Origin: Candidatus Nomurabacteria bacterium
Lineage (GTDB): Bacteria; Patescibacteriota; Minisyncoccia; Phycocordibacterales; UBA9973
NCBI GenBank assembly: GCA_029288805.1
Contig: JARIGO010000022.1
Span: 30,754 to 94,753, forward strand
Direction: 5' to 3'
Length of the DNA: 64,000 bases
Positions 9,168-18,506 of the stretch are shown here, in pieces (position 1 is the stretch's first letter; the number at the start of each line of letters is the position of its first letter). The position numbers and the translations under genes are program-made. Below the pieces are notes generated by a model that had not been told where the DNA came from, searched no databases, and saw only the letters and a list, made by a program, of their open reading frames with translations.

Positions 9168-10970
9168 TTAGTTCTGATTGATTGCAAATTCAGCAGCCTT
9201 ATAAAGCTTTCTAAATATGCCTCCTTCGATAACCATAAGATCACTCTTCTTTCCGTTCTCAACAATTTTGCCATTATGTAAAACAATAATGCGATCGACG
9301 ATTTTAAGTGACATGTAGCGATGTGAAATAATCAGCGCGGTCTTATCCTTAATGACAGTTTTATATTGCTCAACGATTTCTTTTTCTGCTTCAGGATCTA
9401 ATGCTGAAGTGAACTCATCGAGCAAAACTAATTTCGGATCTCTCAGCATCAAGCCAGCCAAACCAAGTTTTTGATTTTGACCGCCTGAAAGTTTTACTGA
9501 ATCCTTGAAAATCCTATCAACTTTCTGATGCAGCTGATTTGGGAGCTTTTCTGTGTATTCTTTCAAACCTACCCTCTCAAGTATTTGCCACACCTGAAAA
9601 TCACTGCACGGATATCCAGGTCGCGTTGCTAGAATAGCTGATCTAATTGTCGTCTTGAGGGTGGTAAAATCTTGAAATAATGCTCCAGTAATGTTGAGCA
9701 GGCTTTCCCGTTTCAATAACCTAAGATCAATACCGTTAACACGAATACTTCCTTTATCCGGATCGTAAAAACGCAACAACAGCATGCCAATAGTGGTCTT
9801 ACCTTCGCCGTTTTTAGCAATAAGCCCGATGGTTTCTCCCGGATTAATGACAAAACTTACACCTTGCAGTACGTAGTTTTTTGACCCAGGATACTTAAAG
9901 TACACGTCATCAAACTCAATGTGAGGAACAATAGTGTCATCAACATCAATCGCGCCGGAAACATCCTGAATAGCGGGAGCACTGTCAACGACCAGGAAAA
10001 AGTCCTCGGCTTTCTTGGATGCAATCTCCAAATCGATCAGTCCAGTTGTAGCCTGATCGAGGCTGTCAGACATTCGACTTATTGATCCAAACAGAATGAA
10101 CAATGTGCCAACTGTGGCTTCATGATGCTCAACTTTTGTGATCAAGGAAAATACCATAAACGCCAACAGAGTATAGAACCACATGTTTCCCCAGTAATTA
10201 ATAATTGCGAAGTGCTCATTGTTTCTATACTCAAAGAAATTTAACCTGCTTCGAATGCTGTCGAACATGCCGAGGAAATGACTGCGAGAGCTGTTTAATA
10301 TGGATTCTTTTGTACCGATGTAGCTAGAGAGCGTGTCCTTGTAGCGCTGCACTTCATTCAATCGTTTTTCCTGGGCATACCTTCGAACCTTACGCTTCCT
10401 TGAAAAATACATCCGAGGCGTGATCATGGCGATTACTACTATGAAATACCACCATTCAATGAATGAAAGCATGACCGCAGCCACAATCACAGTGAGTACC
10501 GAAAGTATCAAATTCCATTCAAGAAAAAATATTTCCTGGATAGCGCTTTGGTTACGATTGGCATTGTTTAATGCGTCCTGCATCTGAGGATTTTCCCTGT
10601 CTTGCAAGTCAAATTTTGCATATGACTGCCAGTAAAACCTTTGTGTTTGTTCTGTGCTGATTTCTCGAAAGCGCAATTCCAGCTTTCTCCTTGCAAATTG
10701 CAGACTTCCAGGAATGACGTCAACAAGAAAGTTAGCGATCACGGCAATGATCAGTGGTAATCCTGTAAATACAGACTTCTGACCGACAATCCTGTTGGTC
10801 AACTGTCCGAACATCCACGAATCAACTGTCCACATCTGCGTAATGATGCAGGACAAGACAAAACCGATAAGAAATAGTCTCTTATTGGCTTTGTTATTGG
10901 CAAATAAGAGCGTGTTAGTGCGCCAGATCATCCTGATACTGGAAAGCGCCTTCTGTTTTAATTTCTTCAT
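9168..10970 (-). CDS. ABC transporter, fused permease/ATP-binding subunit (MsbA-like exporter)
   Basis: 600 aa. Six N-terminal TM helices, then a C-terminal NBD with Walker A, the LSGGQNQKLGLAGLML signature and a Walker B LLDEFTSALD. Confidence 0.9.
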   Translation of the reverse strand: MKKLKQKALSSIRMIWRTNTLLFANNKANKRLFLIGFVLSCIITQMWTVDSWMFGQLTNRIVGQKSVFTGLPLIIAVIANFLVDVIPGSLQFARRKLELRFREISTEQTQRFYWQSYAKFDLQDRENPQMQDALNNANRNQSAIQEIFFLEWNLILSVLTVIVAAVMLSFIEWWYFIVVIAMITPRMYFSRKRKVRRYAQEKRLNEVQRYKDTLSSYIGTKESILNSSRSHFLGMFDSIRSRLNFFEYRNNEHFAIINYWGNMWFYTLLAFMVFSLITKVEHHEATVGTLFILFGSISRMSDSLDQATTGLIDLEIASKKAEDFFLVVDSAPAIQDVSGAIDVDDTIVPHIEFDDVYFKYPGSKNYVLQGVSFVINPGETIGLIAKNGEGKTTIGMLLLRFYDPDKGSIRVNGIDLRLLKRESLLNITGALFQDFTTLKTTIRSAILATRPGYPCSDFQVWQILERVGLKEYTEKLPNQLHQKVDRIFKDSVKLSGGQNQKLGLAGLMLRDPKLVLLDEFTSALDPEAEKEIVEQYKTVIKDKTALIISHRYMSLKIVDRIIVLHNGKIVENGKKSDLMVIEGGIFRKLYKAAEFAINQN

Positions 10971-11046
10971 CTATTAAGTTTTTAAAGTATTTTGTTTTTA
11001 TTATTATAACATATATTTAAATAATATCAATATACTTATTTCTCTA

Positions 11047-11083
11047 CAAAAAAGGTCTAGCGAATTATTCGCTAGACCTTTTG
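11047..11083. terminator. bidirectional terminator downstream of the 11086-11667 gene
   Basis: Perfect 12-bp stem GGTCTAGCGAAT-tat-TCGCTAGACC flanked by A-run and T-run. Confidence 0.65.
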
Positions 11084-11085
11084 GC

Positions 11086-11667
11086 TTATTTTGTTGCGGT
11101 GACAATAATATTTCTTGAGACACCGGAAGATAGTAGGCCATTTACTTTTTGTGGTTGATAATTTTTTAAAAACTTGATGGTAAAGCCGCTATGCTCATAT
11201 AAGTCTACAAGTTCTTTCTCTGTATAATGAACAGGACGAAACGTATCACCTGCGCCAGCCCATACTGCGGAAAATATGCCGCCTGATCGTAATGACCGCT
11301 GCAAACGATCCATTAATAACTCAATGGTTACCTTTGAATTGAATGCAATCGACTTGCCATATATAAAGTCAAAAAATGACTCCGGGGCATCATATTCATC
11401 AAATGATGAGACAATTCTTTCCAGGCGCTTATCGTCTAAAGAAATAATGTCATTATCAAGCAAGGATATGCTTGTATCGACATTTATTACACAAGAGAAG
11501 CCTGCTTCATTTAATAAATAATTTGAGTTTACCAAACAGGCATCTCCTAAAATCAATGCGTTTTGTTTTTGAGAGACAAGCCTTGAAGTATTGATCATCA
11601 TAGGTTGGACGCGGCCAGATTCACGCTCTTTAAGAATGGCCTTACGCCACGGATCTTTTGTTTCCAT
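11086..11667 (-). CDS. putative class I SAM-dependent methyltransferase-like protein with a degenerate G-loop
   Basis: 193 aa. ALILGDACLVNSN lies where motif I should be, VINVD looks like an acidic beta2 end, and LRSGGIF looks like post-motif II. The fold call is tentative. Confidence 0.4.
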   Translation of the reverse strand: METKDPWRKAILKERESGRVQPMMINTSRLVSQKQNALILGDACLVNSNYLLNEAGFSCVINVDTSISLLDNDIISLDDKRLERIVSSFDEYDAPESFFDFIYGKSIAFNSKVTIELLMDRLQRSLRSGGIFSAVWAGAGDTFRPVHYTEKELVDLYEHSGFTIKFLKNYQPQKVNGLLSSGVSRNIIVTATK

Positions 11668-11761
11668 TAGTATTTATTTAAGGTGGATTTTTATAAATTA
11701 TACTTAATTATATGAATAAGTCAATAGTTCTGTATTTTATCCTTTCATAAATTATCAAACG

Positions 11762-11790
11762 TAAAATTCCCGATTTCTCGGGAATTTAAT
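11762..11790. terminator. terminator downstream of the 11793-12296 gene
   Basis: AATTCCCGA-tttc-TCGGGAATT hairpin with flanking T-runs. Confidence 0.55.
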
Positions 11791-11792
11791 TT

Positions 11793-12296
11793 TTAAGTAG
11801 AAGTAGACAGAAGTGCTTCACAGCCCTTTTTCTTCTGCTGAAATTCTTTTACCTTATCTTCAACGTCAGCAATAAGTTTTACGGGTGATTGCTTAATTTG
11901 CTCAATCTTCCGCGGGGCATCCGTGATGTATTCTTCATATCGTTCTATTTCGCTTTGAAGAAATTTATCCTGCCATACAGGATCATTTGAAACACGTATC
12001 TCAGTCTCCTTCCTTCTTTTTCTGAATATTTTTATGTTAATAATTATACCCCATACAGGAAGAGATACTAATACCACATAACCCAGAGCTCTTGTTATAC
12101 CCTCCATTACTGAACGATTTTTCGTATCAAGAAACCCGTAAGAAAAGGTCAGATATGCCACTAGCAGCATCCACGCTATCGTGAGGACCAATAATTTCAC
12201 AGGGTCGACAGGAAAGGCAATATTTTGGCCTTCTTCTGAGCAATACATCTGATACGCTCCTTTTTTAAGCCATTCAGGCTTTTCTGTATTTTCCAT
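11793..12296 (-). CDS. hypothetical membrane protein (2 TM) with a charged C-terminal tail
   Basis: 167 aa with two adjacent TM helices and a Lys/Glu-rich C-terminus. Sits between two ABC exporter genes. Confidence 0.45.
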   Translation of the reverse strand: MENTEKPEWLKKGAYQMYCSEEGQNIAFPVDPVKLLVLTIAWMLLVAYLTFSYGFLDTKNRSVMEGITRALGYVVLVSLPVWGIIINIKIFRKRRKETEIRVSNDPVWQDKFLQSEIERYEEYITDAPRKIEQIKQSPVKLIADVEDKVKEFQQKKKGCEALLSTST

Positions 12297-12358
12297 TGTT
12301 GTTTAATTTAAAGGTTTTTATTACATTACCATTTAATATTAAATTGTCAATGGATTAT

Positions 12359-14164
12359 CTATGACATCAAGATCTGATTCTTAATTAGTTCTTTATAGTC
12401 TTCAGATGTTTTTTCTAATTCCTTATGTGTTCCCTGCGCTACAACTTTTCCTTTTGCTACTACAAAGATAATGTCTGCATCCATCACGGTTGAAAGACGG
12501 TGCGCGATGATAATAGTGGTTCTTCCTTGGGCACTGCGGTTTATGGCATCATGAATCAGCTTTTCATTGATTGAGTCCAGCGCAGATGTGGCTTCATCAA
12601 AGATCAAAATCTTCGGATCTTTAATCAATGCGCGTGCAATACCAATACGCTGGCGCTCACCGCCTGAAACCTTAATTCCCCCTTCACCAATAACAGTTTC
12701 CAAACCGTGATCCTTAAGCTTGGCAATAAAATCAGTAAGTGAGGCATCCTCAACAGCTTTTTGAAGCTTCTCTTCTGGAACTTCTGCATCTGCGGGTAAG
12801 CCGAACAAAATGTTTTCCTTAATACTGCGATCAAACAGGTCAATCTTTTGTTCAACATTTCCGATACGAGAACGCAACCAGTGCAGATTCATTTCCTTAA
12901 GCTGAACGTCATCAATCAAAATTTCTCCCTCGGTAGGATCATAAAAGCGACGCATGAGATTTACGATAGTGGATTTTCCTGAACCGGATACGCCGACAAA
13001 ACCAATTTTTGCACCGGCTGGTATGACAAAACTGACATTAGAAATAGTATGCTCTTCTTTCTTATCATCGGTTTCAGATTCTTCCTCTTCTTCTTTTGCG
13101 GACTTACGGTACGGATATGCAAAACTAACATTTTTAAATTCAATTTTTCCTTGTAGGTCATCAATTATTATCCCATTTTCATTCGTATCAATATCCGGCT
13201 TGATGGTAAAGAGGTCAAACATTTTTCTAATTTCAACAATCTGAAAGAGCATTTGGCGTTGGGTACTCATAATATTCTGCAGATTTCCAAAAATCGCCCC
13301 TGTCCATGAAAAGAGCGTAACGAACATGCCCGCTGAATGCTTTCCAATAAGAATCAGATACACGCCAAGACCAAGGGTTGCGTACTGACCAACAACTATC
13401 AGTATCCTGTGCAGGTAATAAGGTCTGAGGTAGCCCAGCCATCCGGAAGTGGCAAACTCGGTAACATCTTCAGCAAAGACATTGAAGTCATCAACCGTCT
13501 TAGCCTCCTGTCCTTCAGCGATAATTAACGTAGAGTTACGATATAACTCAGAAGATAACTTTGACTGCGACTGGTATTTCTTTCGAATCTGCTCTGCCTT
13601 TGGAAAGAATTTTTTATTACGACGAAGAGACACCCAGATATATACAGCCACAAAGACGGTTGCCACCGCAGCTACTTTCCAGTCAAAAATTGCCAATACT
13701 ACCAATGTAACCAGGGATTGCAAGCCTGCAGGAAGAACATTATAGAGAATCGCATACATCAAATTCTCAAGAGAACTTTGTCCCTTGCTTATGACACTTT
13801 GCTTTACGCCGGAGTGCTCATTTATATGCTGACCGATTGAATAAGCAAAATTCTTATGCAAAGAATCGACGGAAAAAGCCTTTTCAATATGGTCATCAAG
13901 GTGTTTTAGTTCAGTAGCTTCTTTTAACCACCATAGTCCGACTGACTGAAAAAGAGAAACAACAAAAGAGATGCCCAGGAATATAAATGTGAGGCGAATA
14001 TTGCCATGAATGACAGCATCTACGCCTTTACCAAACAAATATGGCGCTACAGTTCCGATTAACTGGATAAGAACAAGCATTCCTGTGATCACGAAAAGGT
14101 ATTTTCGAAATGGGCGAAAAAAGGCAAATACCCGTTTTAAAAATGTTATGTTTTCATTTTGCAT
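12359..14164 (-). CDS. ABC transporter, fused permease/ATP-binding subunit (MsbA-like exporter) with an acidic insert
   Basis: 601 aa. TM domain followed by an NBD with LSGGERQRIGIARALIKDPKILIFDEATSALD. Carries an unusual EEEEESETDDKKEE insert before the NBD beta-strand. Confidence 0.9.
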   Translation of the reverse strand: MQNENITFLKRVFAFFRPFRKYLFVITGMLVLIQLIGTVAPYLFGKGVDAVIHGNIRLTFIFLGISFVVSLFQSVGLWWLKEATELKHLDDHIEKAFSVDSLHKNFAYSIGQHINEHSGVKQSVISKGQSSLENLMYAILYNVLPAGLQSLVTLVVLAIFDWKVAAVATVFVAVYIWVSLRRNKKFFPKAEQIRKKYQSQSKLSSELYRNSTLIIAEGQEAKTVDDFNVFAEDVTEFATSGWLGYLRPYYLHRILIVVGQYATLGLGVYLILIGKHSAGMFVTLFSWTGAIFGNLQNIMSTQRQMLFQIVEIRKMFDLFTIKPDIDTNENGIIIDDLQGKIEFKNVSFAYPYRKSAKEEEEESETDDKKEEHTISNVSFVIPAGAKIGFVGVSGSGKSTIVNLMRRFYDPTEGEILIDDVQLKEMNLHWLRSRIGNVEQKIDLFDRSIKENILFGLPADAEVPEEKLQKAVEDASLTDFIAKLKDHGLETVIGEGGIKVSGGERQRIGIARALIKDPKILIFDEATSALDSINEKLIHDAINRSAQGRTTIIIAHRLSTVMDADIIFVVAKGKVVAQGTHKELEKTSEDYKELIKNQILMS

Positions 14165-14168
14165 ACTA

Positions 14169-15138
14169 TTACTGTGTTAGCCCTATCGCTTCATACACGT
14201 CAAAGATTTTTTTCATGGCGATGTCGTTGGCTTTCATGGCGCCTTCGACGAGGATTTGCTGAACGAGTTTTGGGTTGGCAGCAAAGTAGTCACGACGAGC
14301 ACGCATTGGCGTTACGAAGTCGATGATATCCTTGATGAGCATTTTTTTTGCATCACCATAGCCAAGACCTTTGGTATATTGGGCTTTTAATTCTTCTGAG
14401 CCATTAAAGAGCTTGTGAATCTGATAGATAACGAGTTCATCAGGATTCTTTTCCTCATCCTTACCACGAGAGTCAGTAGTGATACCCATGACTGCTTTCG
14501 TGATTTCTTCATCAGTACCAAATAACGGGATGATGTTGCCATAACTTTTTGACATCTTTTGCCCGTCAGTACCCGGAATGACTTCCACTTCTTCCAAGAT
14601 AAGTTCCTTCGGTAGCTTGAATAGTTCTCCGTACTGATTGTTGAACTTACCAGCGATATCACGTGCGTACTCAACATGCTGCTTCTGATCCTTTCCTACA
14701 GGAACAACATCAGTGTTATAAAGCAAAATATCTGATGCCATCAGTACAGGATAATCAAATGTACCGACATTTACTTCTGCTTTCTTTGCCTCAGCATCTT
14801 TGAAGGCATGGGCACGCATAAGATATGGCACTGTTACGAGATTGTTGAATACCCACGTGAGGTTAGCATGAGCCAAAACATCAGACTGTTTGAACAATGT
14901 CACTTTTTCTGGATCAAGACCTGCACCCAAGTAGTCAAGAATAAGATCATGAGTATCTTGCATAAGCTTGTCCTTTGCAGGAAGGCCGGTCAGCGCATGC
15001 AGGTTCGCAATGAAGATAAAACTATCGTGAGTATCCTGTAAATCAACGAATTGTTTCAATGCGCCGAAGTAATTACCGAAATGCAGACGACCAGTTGGCT
15101 TCATGCCAGAAAATAGACGAGGTTTTGTGGATTCCATG
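14169..15138 (-). CDS. trpS: tryptophanyl-tRNA synthetase
   Basis: Class I HIGH-like GRLHFGNYFG, VGKDQKQHVEYARDIA and KMSKS (GQKMSKSYGN). Start moved to the MESTKPRLFSG methionine, which is preceded by TATGAT-N6. Confidence 0.9.
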
Positions 15139-15144
15139 GGGATA

Positions 15145-15150
15145 TCATAC
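15145..15150 (-). promoter_or_regulatory. -10 box (TATGAT) 6 nt upstream of the trpS ATG, consistent with a leaderless transcript
   Basis: Minus-strand sequence tggTATGATatccccATG with no Shine-Dalgarno. Confidence 0.4.
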
Positions 15151-15216
15151 CAAAAAATAAGGGCTTTTGGAAATAAGGAGAAAAGAGATGAGTTTTTTAT
15201 CAAGAAGTAATGGTGA

Positions 15217-15222
15217 TACAAT
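15217..15222 (+). promoter_or_regulatory. -10 box (TACAAT) 6 nt upstream of the dnaB ATG
   Basis: gtgaTACAATaaaggcATG. The same geometry appears at the diverging trpS. Confidence 0.4.
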
Positions 15223-15228
15223 AAAGGC

Positions 15229-16614
15229 ATGTCTAAGTCTCCTATGGCCACTCACACACTTCGCATTCCTCCTCACGATCTTGAGGCTGAACAAGCGGTT
15301 CTTGGTGCCCTCATGCTTCGCCCGAGCGCTATTCACGATATTGTGGATTTGCTGACACCTGAAATGTTTTATGCCAAGAAGCACAGCATCCTGTACAAGA
15401 CCATTATTGAACTCTCCAACAAAAACGAACCAATAGACGTGCTGTCTGTAGCTGCAAAGCTCAAGGAAAAGAAATGCTTGGAAGAAATCGGCGGTAATGC
15501 CTACCTTAACGAGCTTATGGGCAACGTGCCTTCTACCGTGAACATTCGTCACTATGCTGAAATTGTCTACAAAAAGTACGTATTGCGCTCATTGATCGAT
15601 GCATCTGAAAACATTGCTACCATTGCCTACGATCAAAACGACATGGAAGTGACAGAAATATTGGATACTGCAGAAAAAAGCATCTTTCGTATTTCTTCTG
15701 GCATGAACACAAAGAATGCCTTTGTGTCTATTAAGAATTCCTTGATGGAAACAATGGAGCAGACCATTCGCCTCTCTGAATCAAAGGATGAAATTCGTGG
15801 TGTTCCTACAGGATATACGGATCTCGACGCATTGACTGCCGGCTTGCAAAAGTCCGACCTTATCATTCTTGCAGCACGTCCAAGTATGGGTAAGACAACG
15901 TTTGCCCTTGATATGGCACGTAACGTGGCATTGTCAGGCACTCCTGTCGGCATCTTTTCATTGGAAATGAGCGCGCAACAGCTCGTACAGCGTATGCTTT
16001 CAGCCGAAAGTCGCGTTGACGCCTGGAGTATTCGTACTGGTCACGGTCTTTCAACGCATCACTTCACCGCATTGCAGGAAGCGGCGAGCCGTTTGCAAAA
16101 GGCTCCTATCTACATTGATGACCAGGCTGGTAACTCTATCGTCAAAATGCGTTCCGTGGCACGCCGCCTCAAGAGTGAACACGGCCTCGGACTTATCGTT
16201 GTGGACTACTTGCAGCTCATGACTACCAGTAAGAGCTACGACAATATGGTGAACCAAGTGACAGAAATCTCTCGTTCATTGAAGCAATTGGCTCGTGAAC
16301 TTGATGTTCCAGTACTTGCATTGTCACAGCTTTCTCGTGCCGTTGAATCACGCGGCGGTCGTCCTCGTCTTTCTGACCTTCGTGACTCTGGTTCCATTGA
16401 GCAAGACGCCGACTTGGTTATGTTCATTCACCGTGAAGACCGCTACAAGGAACAGCACGAAAAGGACAACATTACTGAAATCCTGATTGAAAAACACCGT
16501 AACGGTGCGGTTGGTATGGTGCAACTGCTCTTTGATGGCAAGACTACGTCATTCTTGAACATGGACAAGACGCATGTGCCGGTACAAAAGGCCGCATCTC
16601 TTGATGACTTCTAA
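15229..16614 (+). CDS. dnaB: replicative DNA helicase
   Basis: 461 aa. N-terminal PPHDLEAEQAVLGALML, Walker A ARPSMGKTTFALD, and the RecA-like C-terminal domain. Confidence 0.95.
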   Translation: MSKSPMATHTLRIPPHDLEAEQAVLGALMLRPSAIHDIVDLLTPEMFYAKKHSILYKTIIELSNKNEPIDVLSVAAKLKEKKCLEEIGGNAYLNELMGNVPSTVNIRHYAEIVYKKYVLRSLIDASENIATIAYDQNDMEVTEILDTAEKSIFRISSGMNTKNAFVSIKNSLMETMEQTIRLSESKDEIRGVPTGYTDLDALTAGLQKSDLIILAARPSMGKTTFALDMARNVALSGTPVGIFSLEMSAQQLVQRMLSAESRVDAWSIRTGHGLSTHHFTALQEAASRLQKAPIYIDDQAGNSIVKMRSVARRLKSEHGLGLIVVDYLQLMTTSKSYDNMVNQVTEISRSLKQLARELDVPVLALSQLSRAVESRGGRPRLSDLRDSGSIEQDADLVMFIHREDRYKEQHEKDNITEILIEKHRNGAVGMVQLLFDGKTTSFLNMDKTHVPVQKAASLDDF

Positions 16615-17236
16615 TATGCATAACGACTCAGTCGATCGACTCGCAAAACTCTTTTTGAAATTTCCCGGGATTGGTGAACGCCAAGCCCGTCGTTTTGCAT
16701 ACTTTATCCTGACCCAGCAGGAAGGCTATGTGGATTCGCTTGCGAGAGCGCTTGTAGCAGCGCGCACCCATGCCAATACCTGCGCGCGCTGTCTCCGCAT
16801 CTTCGAAGGCTCTGTAGAATCTTCTGGTGGTCTCTGCAACATTTGTAGCGATGAACACCGCGACCAAAGCAGTATTGTTGTTGTAGAAAAAAGTCAGGAT
16901 ATCGAAAGTTTCAATCGCACTGACTATAACGGCCTCTTCTTCGTATTAAACGGCCTCATTCCTATCGTGCAAAAAGACATCATTGCCGGTACTAATGCCC
17001 AAAAACTTATTGATCGCGTACGAAAAGATACATCTGAGAATGTACTACAAGAAGTCATCCTGGCATTTCCTGTTACTCCAAACGGCGAACATACCGACAG
17101 CGCCATCCGCGAACTGCTCTCACCTATTTCCCTTGACCTAACCATTACCTCCCTCGGCCGCGGCCTCTCTACCGGCGCAGAACTCGAATACGCCGATCCG
17201 GCATCCCTTGAAGCGTCACTTAAAAAGCGAGAATAA
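16604..17236 (+). CDS. recR: recombination protein RecR
   Basis: HhH segment LAKLFLKFPGIGERQARRFAYFIL, C4 zinc finger CARC...CNIC, and a Toprim domain. The start overlaps the dnaB end. Confidence 0.9.
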   Translation: MTSNMHNDSVDRLAKLFLKFPGIGERQARRFAYFILTQQEGYVDSLARALVAARTHANTCARCLRIFEGSVESSGGLCNICSDEHRDQSSIVVVEKSQDIESFNRTDYNGLFFVLNGLIPIVQKDIIAGTNAQKLIDRVRKDTSENVLQEVILAFPVTPNGEHTDSAIRELLSPISLDLTITSLGRGLSTGAELEYADPASLEASLKKRE

Positions 17237-17271
17237 AAAAATCAGGAGGTCGGACCTCCTGATTTTTTTAT
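17234..17271. terminator. bidirectional rho-independent terminator shared by recR and rplU; copy 1 of a repeated palindromic terminator
   Basis: AAAAAAATCAGGAGGTCgGACCTCCTGATTTTTTT; a near-identical copy occurs at 33552-33590. Confidence 0.75.
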
Positions 17272-17628
17272 TTACGCGATAGCGTTAATCTTTACTTTGA
17301 TGTAAGGCTGGCGATGGCCATTCTTTTTCATGTAGCGGCTCTTTTGCTTGTACTTGATAACCGTTACCTTTGGAGCGCGGCCTACAACGACAACTTCACC
17401 ACTTACTACAACCCCTGATACGAGTGGAGTGCCGATAACAGTAGTAGCACCGTCATCTGTAAGCAAAACCTGGTCAAATGACACAGCGTCGCCTTTCTTA
17501 CTTTCTTCCTTAAACTTTTCAATAGTAATAGTGTCGCCTACTGCTACGCGGTACTGCTTGCCTCCAGTCTTAATGACTGCAAACCCTGCCGCTGAGGCCT
17601 TTTTAGTTGTCTTTTTTGTAGTTGCCAT
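17272..17628 (-). CDS. rplU: 50S ribosomal protein L21 with a basic N-terminal extension
   Basis: AVIKTGGKQYRVAVGDTI ... KKNGHRQPYIKVKI matches the L21 signature. Confidence 0.9.
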   Translation of the reverse strand: MATTKKTTKKASAAGFAVIKTGGKQYRVAVGDTITIEKFKEESKKGDAVSFDQVLLTDDGATTVIGTPLVSGVVVSGEVVVVGRAPKVTVIKYKQKSRYMKKNGHRQPYIKVKINAIA

Positions 17629-17682
17629 ATTGAGCCAATAGTATACCTAATTAAGGATATTTTGCAAGTATCCTAATAATGT

Positions 17683-17688
17683 TATACT
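17683..17688 (+). promoter_or_regulatory. promoter TTGCAA-N15-TATACT with the -10 box 7 nt before the ATG
   Basis: ttTTGCAAgtatcctaataatgtTATACTgaaaaccATG. Confidence 0.4.
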
Positions 17689-17695
17689 GAAAACC

Positions 17696-18505
17696 ATGAT
17701 TTCCCGCTATACATACCACGGTTTAACCTGGGTCGACCTTGAATCCCCAAGTCGGGAAGAAATCCTCCATATTAGCGAAGAATTTGGCCTTACCAAGCTG
17801 GTCGAAGAAGAGATGTTTTCCAGCACTCTGCGCTCAAAAGTGGACCTCTATGACAACTTTATTTACCTGATCCTACACTTCCCTGTTTTTAACAAAAACA
17901 ACAAAATGCGTAATGACCAGGAACTAGACTTCATCGTCGGCAAGAACTTTATCATTACTGTTCGATATGAACTCATTGATCATATCGGGCATTTTGCATC
18001 ACTCTTTGAAAACATTGAGAAGATCGACCAAAACAGAAAGATTACCGATACCGGCATCATGTTCATGGAAATGATGAAGCATTTGTACAAGGCTTCTGCC
18101 AAACAGCTGGAAGAAATTACGAACCGCATTCCTGAAATCGAGCACAATATTTTCAATGATCGCGAGGAAGCCATGGTTAAGATCATTTCCCAAACTAATC
18201 GCAAACTCCTGGACTTCAAGCAGGCTATCCGTTTTCATGAACACATCCTTAACTCATACGCTTCGGCAAGCAAGCGCTTCTTTGGCGACAACTATAGTTA
18301 CTATTCAGAAGTCATTATTTCTGAATTTAATAAAGTGAACTTCACCCTTGAAGGACATCATGACCTGCTCAAAGAATTGCAGCGTACCAACGACTCATTA
18401 CTCGCAACAAAATCAAATGCCATTCTTAAGCGCCTTACCATTGTCAGTGTCATAGCAACAGTACTTGCTGCCATAGCTGGTTTTGCCTTCTTACTGCATA
18501 AATAA
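17696..18505 (+). CDS. CorA-family Mg2+/Co2+ transporter homolog, truncated at TM1; lacks the GMN pore motif and TM2
   Basis: 269 aa. The CorA N-terminal cytoplasmic domain is conserved (HGLTWVDLESPSREEI...FGL..L.EEE...LRSKVDLYDNFIYLILHFP). The protein ends LTIVSVIATVLAAIAGFAFLLHK*, just before where YGMNF would sit. Confidence 0.6.
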   Translation: MISRYTYHGLTWVDLESPSREEILHISEEFGLTKLVEEEMFSSTLRSKVDLYDNFIYLILHFPVFNKNNKMRNDQELDFIVGKNFIITVRYELIDHIGHFASLFENIEKIDQNRKITDTGIMFMEMMKHLYKASAKQLEEITNRIPEIEHNIFNDREEAMVKIISQTNRKLLDFKQAIRFHEHILNSYASASKRFFGDNYSYYSEVIISEFNKVNFTLEGHHDLLKELQRTNDSLLATKSNAILKRLTIVSVIATVLAAIAGFAFLLHK

Positions 18506-18506
18506 T

